From IMG/VR virus record IMGVR_UViG_3300033149_003715, positions 1 through 64,000 of that record: a stretch of 64,000 nt of DNA, one strand, 5' to 3'. This DNA comes from a virus. The position numbers and the translations under genes were made by a program. Under the pieces are notes generated by a model. It saw only the letters and a list, made by a program, of their open reading frames with translations, had not been told where the DNA came from and ran no database searches. Position 1 is the stretch's first letter. Each line of letters begins with the position of its first letter. Positions 57,378-64,000 of the stretch are shown piece after piece.

Positions 57378-57405
57378 ATAATACCACAATTACAAGAAAA
57401 GTCAA
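57378..57405 (-). promoter_or_regulatory. Sigma-70-like promoter driving ssb-sigma-GT operon
   Basis: TTGACT-N16-TATTAT with extended TGn on the - strand. Confidence 0.6.
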
Positions 57406-57408
57406 GCT

Positions 57409-60156
57409 TCATATCTGGTATAATGCATTTACAATAAAACTATCGTTTTTTCCAGGACCACCAATCATCATAACATGATTATTTTCTACAACCAAAGATT
57501 TAACTTTAATCCAAACATCCGGGAAAATAACTGCATTTACACTACCAGATATATCAGAAACATTCATAAATGCCATAGGTTGCCCTGGATTTTTGCCTGA
57601 TTTAGTTTTAATTTCTACTACCTTATCTATTACAACAGGTAAAAAAATTGGCTTTTTATATAAGCCTTTAAGAAAATTATCGCAAGTACAATTTGCTTGA
57701 GAAATATCGCAAGATTCAACAGATGAATGTGTAAGTGGTACTCCAAGATAAAATTCTTCTTGTGCTGATACCCATGCCGGATTATCTTTAAGTAATCTTT
57801 TGGGGTTTTGTAGCATGTCTATCAAACTACGCACTTTTTCTTTACGATTAGTGTTAACACACCCACCCTTTTGACCTATTGGACTATTATATAATTCTTT
57901 CAATAGCTGTAATAAGTTAATACCATTATTAAAATTTTTATAAAATATTTGGCACCATTTTTTTTCATGGTTACTTAGTTGATTGTATTGATCATATTCA
58001 TATAACATTTTAGTACGTGGTTGTGGTTGGTTTAAATGATCTAATGCACCTGAACATATAAGTGCTTTTAATGTTGTTGAGTTAATTTGACTACTTGTAT
58101 ATACCAAAAAGTCCATCCAATTCCATGATATAATATTTTTTTGTATTGTTTTTTCTGTGTGATAAATAATTTTGCTTAATTTTTCAATCATTGACTGTCC
58201 GATACCTTTGATATCGGAAAGACCAAATCTAATTATTTGATCAATAAGTTTAAACTTTGTGTTTTGATGAATAATGTTTGGCGGATTTACTTGAATATCC
58301 ATAGACCGTGCATTTAAAATTAACTTCTTTATCTCTTGTAATGTATCTTGTTTCCCTTGTGCGTAATGTAAATATGATGTAAAAAAAGCACGAGGAAAAT
58401 GAGCTTTACAATAGGCAGAAAGATAACAATTTAATGCATAACTGACAGAATGACTTTTGTTAAATTGATAACGTTGAGATGCTTGTATCCACTCAAAAAT
58501 TTGTTCTGCTTCTTTTTTATTTACTATACCCTTTTTAACACATCCATCAATAAACGGTTTTTTAATTTTGGATATTTCTTCCGGTTTTTTCTTACCAATA
58601 CTATTATGTACCAAGATACCATTAATAAATCCGTAATTGTATTCTCCCTTTACGGTAAAATCAAATGTTTGTTTTTCACCAAGTTTTGTAATTCTTCTTA
58701 TTTTTGTAAATTGATACTGTGTGTCTGTAGATGATGTTGTTATATCGGATAAATCGGATTCAATTTGACGTACTTTATCCAGTTTATCGGGGGGAATGTA
58801 CTGACTATATTTTTCAAGAAAACGTCGTATATTTGTTGGATCTGAAATAGTGATATAATATGTTTGATATGATTCATATGGCCTATCATCGTATCTATTA
58901 TTTCTTATTACGAGATTAGAGTATATATCATCTCTTAATAATAAAATTTGTAGTTGTTGTGCTATTTTGTAAGATGTAGTGGTAACCGATATTTTTTTCT
59001 TTTTAACATTCATATTACCTTTGCTTGCAAAACACGCTCCAACAAACGCTGTAGTAATATCATTTGCAGCATATAGAATATGTGACGGAATATATCTTTC
59101 CTTGACCTTACATGGTGTATAAATTGTTGAGAACCATTGAAATGCTTTATTTTGAAAGTGTATATCTTTGCGTCTACTGTTAGGTTGGGAAACTGTATAA
59201 CTATTTGAACCAAATTCTTTCTGTGAAATACTTAATATCTTTTCTGTAATCCAAGGATCATAACTTCTAATTTTCAAAAATACATCCTTGGTATAATACC
59301 CTATAAAAATAAAATAGGATAATATAATAGATTTGTTAATATTAATCTGGTGTGGTTTTAAACATCCCTCATATTGATACCGATTTGAAATAGTAACATA
59401 ATCTTTTCTGGTTAATTCTACAACTTTTTTCCAGCCTTGTTTGGTATATACTTGGTGTTTGTCTGTTAATTCGATATGATGTCCGCTGTCTGTGGTTATC
59501 CGATATACAATTTGTTTGCCCGTAGGCCACACTTTTTCTATATCATAATACTTCAATTGTCCACTTTCATTCGTGGATAATATTTTATAATTACACTGCC
59601 CTTTTGACATTTGCAATGCAATTTGCTCTATATACCTTGGGCCACTTTGTGTTAAAACAATAGAACCTTCGGCTACACATTTTCGTAGGATATCGGATTC
59701 TGCTAATGTAAATCCCGCAATTTCTTGTGCAATACGCAAATGTGATTCTTGAAATATAGAAAGACCATAAGTATCTTTTAGAATTGGTTCTAATGCGGGA
59801 TGAAAATATGTTATTTCTTCTTTTCCGTTTTTTCTGTCTATATATCTTTGTGTAATACTCTTTCCATCTATTAAACTTTCGCTGGGACCGGGCCTCATTA
59901 TTGCAATTAACGCTGATAGGTGTTCTATATTTCGCGGTTGTAATTTTTTTACTAATAATTGCCCTAGTGATGATTCCAATTGAAAACAACCTACTACATT
60001 ACCATCGCATAATAAATCCCATGTGCGTTGACATTCTAGTGGTATTTTTTCAATGTCAGGATTAAATTCTAGCAAAGGTTTTTTCCCAAATTTGGTTTCT
60101 TGATAACCTATAATTGGAAATTGACACCCACAGTTATATTTAAATACTTTATTCAT
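57409..60156 (-). CDS. dnaE: DNA polymerase III alpha, C-terminal part (fingers/HhH/OB), intein-containing
   Basis: GCFQLES, RPGP, ILKDTYG..IFQE, YQFNKSHSVSYA, IRFGLSDIKGIG, KSG..MAF. Confidence 0.92.
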   Translation of the reverse strand: MNKVFKYNCGCQFPIIGYQETKFGKKPLLEFNPDIEKIPLECQRTWDLLCDGNVVGCFQLESSLGQLLVKKLQPRNIEHLSALIAIMRPGPSESLIDGKSITQRYIDRKNGKEEITYFHPALEPILKDTYGLSIFQESHLRIAQEIAGFTLAESDILRKCVAEGSIVLTQSGPRYIEQIALQMSKGQCNYKILSTNESGQLKYYDIEKVWPTGKQIVYRITTDSGHHIELTDKHQVYTKQGWKKVVELTRKDYVTISNRYQYEGCLKPHQININKSIILSYFIFIGYYTKDVFLKIRSYDPWITEKILSISQKEFGSNSYTVSQPNSRRKDIHFQNKAFQWFSTIYTPCKVKERYIPSHILYAANDITTAFVGACFASKGNMNVKKKKISVTTTSYKIAQQLQILLLRDDIYSNLVIRNNRYDDRPYESYQTYYITISDPTNIRRFLEKYSQYIPPDKLDKVRQIESDLSDITTSSTDTQYQFTKIRRITKLGEKQTFDFTVKGEYNYGFINGILVHNSIGKKKPEEISKIKKPFIDGCVKKGIVNKKEAEQIFEWIQASQRYQFNKSHSVSYALNCYLSAYCKAHFPRAFFTSYLHYAQGKQDTLQEIKKLILNARSMDIQVNPPNIIHQNTKFKLIDQIIRFGLSDIKGIGQSMIEKLSKIIYHTEKTIQKNIISWNWMDFLVYTSSQINSTTLKALICSGALDHLNQPQPRTKMLYEYDQYNQLSNHEKKWCQIFYKNFNNGINLLQLLKELYNSPIGQKGGCVNTNRKEKVRSLIDMLQNPKRLLKDNPAWVSAQEEFYLGVPLTHSSVESCDISQANCTCDNFLKGLYKKPIFLPVVIDKVVEIKTKSGKNPGQPMAFMNVSDISGSVNAVIFPDVWIKVKSLVVENNHVMMIGGPGKNDSFIVNALYQI
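58603..59679 (-). mobile_element. Intein (359 aa) with LAGLIDADG-like endonuclease region in DnaE
   Basis: DILRK|CVAEGS...LTDKHQV...FDFTV...NGILVHN|SIGKKK. Confidence 0.92.
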
Positions 60157-60171
60157 TTATATATCTTATTT

Positions 60172-60441
60172 TTAGAAAATTTTTTCACACACATCACATT
60201 TATTAAAAGAATCGTTCCCGCCAGACGGATCACCAAAAAAACTAAAAACAGGATGATCACATTGATTTTGAATCTGTTCTTTGTCTGCTTTTAATTTTTT
60301 AAGTTCATTATCATAAAATACTTTAACACTTTCAATTTGTCTATTTATCTCATTAATGCGGGATTTTAAGTTACGATAATGTTTAACCTTATCACATAAT
60401 TTATTATCTTTTATAATGTGTTTTAATAGTTTGTCTAACAT
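60172..60441 (-). CDS. Hypothetical coiled-coil/Zn protein
   Basis: CDH...GDPSGGNDS..CDVC. Confidence 0.6.
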   Translation of the reverse strand: MLDKLLKHIIKDNKLCDKVKHYRNLKSRINEINRQIESVKVFYDNELKKLKADKEQIQNQCDHPVFSFFGDPSGGNDSFNKCDVCEKIF

Positions 60442-61130
60442 TTTTCTTTCCTAAATGAATTTTTAAATTGAGTATTTTTTGCTACTCTTCTTTGAAATTT
60501 CAGAAATCTACATAGTAATTCAGCCGTTTGTTTTACATCTGTTAATGCATCATGTGCTTTGTCTTTGCTCATACCAAAATAATTTCTCAAGGTATCAAAC
60601 TGATAATTGGTTGGTTCATTGAAATTTTCGAACCAAGAAAATATCATTGGCATTAAATCAATACGATCTCGTGGATGAAATATATTTGGCTTATTGTATT
60701 TATCTATATTACCATATTGTTTGCAAAGTCTATCAAGAATAATACAATCAAAATTTAATATATTATACCCGCATAATACTGGTGCCGAAAATTGGTTTTT
60801 ACGTTTTGTTCGTGAATGATACCTTAATAAATAATTGCAAAAATCAGCCCATACATCTTTTTGTAGTGGGGCATTTTTCCATATTGATATAATTTCTTCT
60901 GAACTAGTATTATAATTTTTGGCGTGCCACTGGATTGTTTCTGAATGTTGTTCGATATAATTTGACTTGTTTATATTTGGTGGTTGAATGAAACTATTAA
61001 ATTCTGAATCAGAAATAATGTTTAAGGTACGTGGATGTACCATGATAGATGCTAATTGCACAGGATTAGCAGTATAAGCATCACTACTATCAGTTTCAAA
61101 ATCTAGTATTATAAAAGTGTTAGTATTCAT
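60435..61130 (-). CDS. DEDDh 3'-5' exonuclease (DnaQ/epsilon-like)
   Basis: LDFET, GYNILNFD, AHDALTDV. Confidence 0.9.
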   Translation of the reverse strand: MNTNTFIILDFETDSSDAYTANPVQLASIMVHPRTLNIISDSEFNSFIQPPNINKSNYIEQHSETIQWHAKNYNTSSEEIISIWKNAPLQKDVWADFCNYLLRYHSRTKRKNQFSAPVLCGYNILNFDCIILDRLCKQYGNIDKYNKPNIFHPRDRIDLMPMIFSWFENFNEPTNYQFDTLRNYFGMSKDKAHDALTDVKQTAELLCRFLKFQRRVAKNTQFKNSFRKEKC

Positions 61131-61264
61131 CGAATATTCTCAGGATCTTCAAAATAATCTATTTTATCTTGTAATTGTTGATTATTATACTCTTCATTGT
61201 TTGATGGTGTTGGATAATCTAATTGTTCTAAAATATCAGCCACATCTTCGTATTCACTATACAT
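61127..61264 (-). CDS. Small acidic protein (45 aa, not in ORF track)
   Basis: AAAGGA RBS, MYSEYEDVADILEQLDYP..., ATGA overlap with exonuclease gene. Confidence 0.45.
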   Translation of the reverse strand: MYSEYEDVADILEQLDYPTPSNNEEYNNQQLQDKIDYFEDPENIR

Positions 61265-61342
61265 TATGTTCCTTTCCACTTATTAAATCTAAACAGTATT
61301 GCGTAGGAAATAGTATGCTTTTTTCGGTTCTTTTCTAAATGA

Positions 61343-61645
61343 TTAGTTGTAAAGATATTCCATAACCTTTTGCATTGCATATCTTGCCTCATTCCATAAT
61401 TTTGCTAATGTTTGATCTTCTATTTTATAATGAGGAATTTCACTGTATATACTATCTCCTAATCCATTATAAGTTACATAATCGCGTATATCGTCATTTG
61501 TCATTTTATGGTTACGAGGAATTTCAGCAGGCAAAGAAATATTAGGTAGACCATTGTATTCTCGATCTTGCACCCAAAGTCCAGTTATAATTTGTTTGGG
61601 GGTTAATGATTTTTTATAATTTGTCTTTTTTCTTTTGCGACCCAT
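61343..61645 (-). CDS. Hypothetical protein
   Basis: 100 aa, TAATG coupling to dnaE-N. Confidence 0.6.
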   Translation of the reverse strand: MGRKRKKTNYKKSLTPKQIITGLWVQDREYNGLPNISLPAEIPRNHKMTNDDIRDYVTYNGLGDSIYSEIPHYKIEDQTLAKLWNEARYAMQKVMEYLYN

Positions 61646-63519
61646 TAATCTGATATATCACCTGTACGTAAAATTTGTTGAATACTTTGAATTTTATCTA
61701 GTAATTGTAAACCAAGTATATCTAACTTTACAACACCAACTTTTTCTAAATCAGCCATCTCAAACCCCAATATTTGTGTTTTGCTTTTTGGATCATATAC
61801 TAATGGTGCTATAACATTAAGTGGCACGCTTGCTATACCAATGCCGGCTGCATGTTTACTTTGATGTGTTTGTGTTCCTTCTAACCGTATAGCTTGAGCA
61901 AAATATTTTGATAATGGTCCAGTTAACTCATTATTTTCTATTCTACACCATTCCGAAAGATGTCCTTTTTCATCATTTAATAATGTATATTTAATTGATG
62001 ATGCTTCCCCTTCTTCTTTTCTCATTTCTTCTAATTCACCCATAATTTTGTGTTCTTGTGGAAACTTTTTTGTAAGTAGGTTCATTTCATCAAACGAAAC
62101 GACATTATGTGCTCTTAACACAGCTTTAATTGCTGATCGACCATGTAATTTTGCAATTGTTACCATTTGAGCAACACGATCTTGTCCATATGTATTACGA
62201 ATATATCTAATAACACGATCTCTACCATTTGTTTGTAAATCTATGTCTATGTCTGGAAGACTGGATTTATTTTCGTTAAAACGTCCTGGGTTTAAAAATC
62301 TTTCAAAATATAATTTCCATTTAATAGGATCAACATTTGTGATATTAATAAGATTACTTACCAATGAGCCGGCCGCACTTCCACGAGCACCACCAACTAG
62401 AAAATTTTGCTTGCGAGCATATGTGACTATATCTTGTACCATCAAAAAATATCCACACAGATTAAATTTCTCTATTACTTCTAGTTCATAGTTTAATCTA
62501 TCACGATATTTTTGTTGTTCTGATTGTGGAATTTTGTTTTCTATTTTTGTATTCCAACCCTGTTCACATAAATGTCTTAAATGTTGAGAGGTTGTAATAT
62601 TATTTGGACACCTGAAATCCGGCAACAGCGGCTGTTTTAATATATTTGTATATTGCCCACACTGACTATGTATGTCTAATGTATTTTCTAATTCTTCCTC
62701 TGTATTTCCGCATAACAACATTTCTTTGTAAGATGGTATATGAAATTGTGAGCTTTTGAAAAACGCACTAAATCCACCCTTATTTTTTACTTCTTTTATT
62801 GTGGATTGAAAGTTATTTGCTAATAAGACCAATTGATCTACTTGTTGAGCTTGTGTACAATAATGACTATCTGGAGTAGCTACAGTTTTTGTTTTTGTTA
62901 ATTTAGCTATTTCTCTTAAACATTCTGCTAATACTTTTGTTTCTGGTGTATTTTGACTATCTATTAATTGAATTTCAACATAAAAATTATTATGTAAGAT
63001 TTCTTTACAATATTCTACTAGTTTAATGCCATTTTTTTTCCAATTTGGTTTAACTTTGTTGTTTTCGTCTAAAATAACTGCTGACAATGTACTACCAAGA
63101 TGACCAGATATTCCTATCAGATGCTGAAAATTTTGTTTTGCTATTTCTTTGAGACTGAGGCGTGGTTTATAATAATATGTTTCTGGCCTATTGGATAAAT
63201 CAACAAATTTTAATAATTCTTGAAATCCCTTATCACCTTGAGCAAAGAAAAGAAAATGAGTAAGCTTACGATTATCACTATTTTGTATATGAGAATGTTG
63301 ATTACATATATATGCTTCTATTCCTAGAACAGGTTTTAAATTTTGCTCTATAAATTCATTATAAAATGATATTGCATTTAATATATTACCGTGATCTGAT
63401 AGTCCACATCCATCTAATTCTAGATTGATAATACGCTTACATATTTCTTTTGGTGACGAAATAGCATCAGATAAAGATCCCATACTATGAACATGAAGTG
63501 GTATATATTTATTTAACAT
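61645..63519 (-). CDS. dnaE: DNA polymerase III alpha, N-terminal part (PHP + palm)
   Basis: LHVHS..SL.D, SDHG, TPDSHY, RGSAAGSLV, FERFLNP.R, PDIDID, HAAG, KLDILGL. Confidence 0.93.
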   Translation of the reverse strand: MLNKYIPLHVHSMGSLSDAISSPKEICKRIINLELDGCGLSDHGNILNAISFYNEFIEQNLKPVLGIEAYICNQHSHIQNSDNRKLTHFLFFAQGDKGFQELLKFVDLSNRPETYYYKPRLSLKEIAKQNFQHLIGISGHLGSTLSAVILDENNKVKPNWKKNGIKLVEYCKEILHNNFYVEIQLIDSQNTPETKVLAECLREIAKLTKTKTVATPDSHYCTQAQQVDQLVLLANNFQSTIKEVKNKGGFSAFFKSSQFHIPSYKEMLLCGNTEEELENTLDIHSQCGQYTNILKQPLLPDFRCPNNITTSQHLRHLCEQGWNTKIENKIPQSEQQKYRDRLNYELEVIEKFNLCGYFLMVQDIVTYARKQNFLVGGARGSAAGSLVSNLINITNVDPIKWKLYFERFLNPGRFNENKSSLPDIDIDLQTNGRDRVIRYIRNTYGQDRVAQMVTIAKLHGRSAIKAVLRAHNVVSFDEMNLLTKKFPQEHKIMGELEEMRKEEGEASSIKYTLLNDEKGHLSEWCRIENNELTGPLSKYFAQAIRLEGTQTHQSKHAAGIGIASVPLNVIAPLVYDPKSKTQILGFEMADLEKVGVVKLDILGLQLLDKIQSIQQILRTGDISD

Positions 63520-63526
63520 AATTTTA

Positions 63527-63970
63527 TTAGTATAATGTTAACTTTTCTATTTTAACCCACTTTTTAAAATCCTCATGTGGAACTGTAATACAAACCTTAT
63601 AACCAAATGATCTATTTTTATAGTGTGGGTAAGTTAGAATCATTTTCTCTATTTTTGAAGGTTTAATAATACCAAACCTTGTGTTTATTTTGTCAAGCAA
63701 TGAAAAATCTTCGTAAATTTTACCAGTATTCCAAAAAACTAAAATATGTGTATTAGTTTTACTATATTCTTCAAGGTGAGAAACCTTATATGTCCATTTG
63801 TTGGTGGGTGAGTTTTTTATTTCTAATAACATAACTGTTTCGCATGGCCACCAAATTTTGTAATCAGCTTTGCAGTTGGTTCTTTTTTCTACTATTTCAC
63901 CGCTATTATTTATGCCGTAACTACGATATTTGATTTTAATACCACGATGTTTCATTTCTGTTTTAAACAA
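63527..63970 (-). CDS. Putative PD-(D/E)XK nuclease-like protein
   Basis: ADY...LLEIKN motif. Confidence 0.45.
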   Translation of the reverse strand: MFKTEMKHRGIKIKYRSYGINNSGEIVEKRTNCKADYKIWWPCETVMLLEIKNSPTNKWTYKVSHLEEYSKTNTHILVFWNTGKIYEDFSLLDKINTRFGIIKPSKIEKMILTYPHYKNRSFGYKVCITVPHEDFKKWVKIEKLTLY

Positions 63971-64000
63971 TTTTATTAAATATACTTCTTTTGTTGTATG

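Noticed and set aside
60156-61645. Split-intein trans-splicing of the two DnaE halves
   Set aside because: No intein N-block at the end of the N-part and no HN/C-type block at the start of the C-part; the only intein is internal and complete.
1-64000. Stop-codon reassignment
   Set aside because: Genes are full length and densely packed under the standard code; TAA, TAG and TGA all terminate genes.
1-64000. tRNA or rRNA genes
   Set aside because: No cloverleaf or T-loop consensus seen in the short intergenic gaps; not checked computationally.

Overview
A 64-kb, AT-rich segment of a large tailed dsDNA phage (Caudoviricetes, long non-contractile-tail gene order) read in the standard genetic code. 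The + strand (about 0.3-46.5 kb) carries a late block: accessory virion genes, a sigma-like factor, GDP-mannose 4,6-dehydratase, HNH and ERCC4 nucleases, large terminase, a DNA methyltransferase, a TnpB remnant, portal, protease/scaffold, capsid, a papain-like peptidase, fibre/LamG proteins, neck, tail tube, tape measure and tail tip. It converges at about 46.49 kb with a - strand block: recombinase-like protein, endonuclease, an 8-kb glycosyltransferase/nucleotidyltransferase cluster, a second sigma factor, SSB, a DnaE polymerase split into two genes (one carrying a 359-aa intein) and a DEDDh exonuclease. The most notable inferred system is phage-encoded virion glycosylation: the GT cluster and gmd co-occur with a clear excess of [S/T]-G dipeptides in several structural proteins, a candidate sequon. 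Other highlights are swappable LamG cassettes flanked by near-identical GC-rich DNA, a recurring (G/T)GTGTAT late-promoter motif, a nested scaffold gene, and a dispersed structured element linked to a TnpB relic. All calls come from motif reading and gene order; no database searches were run.
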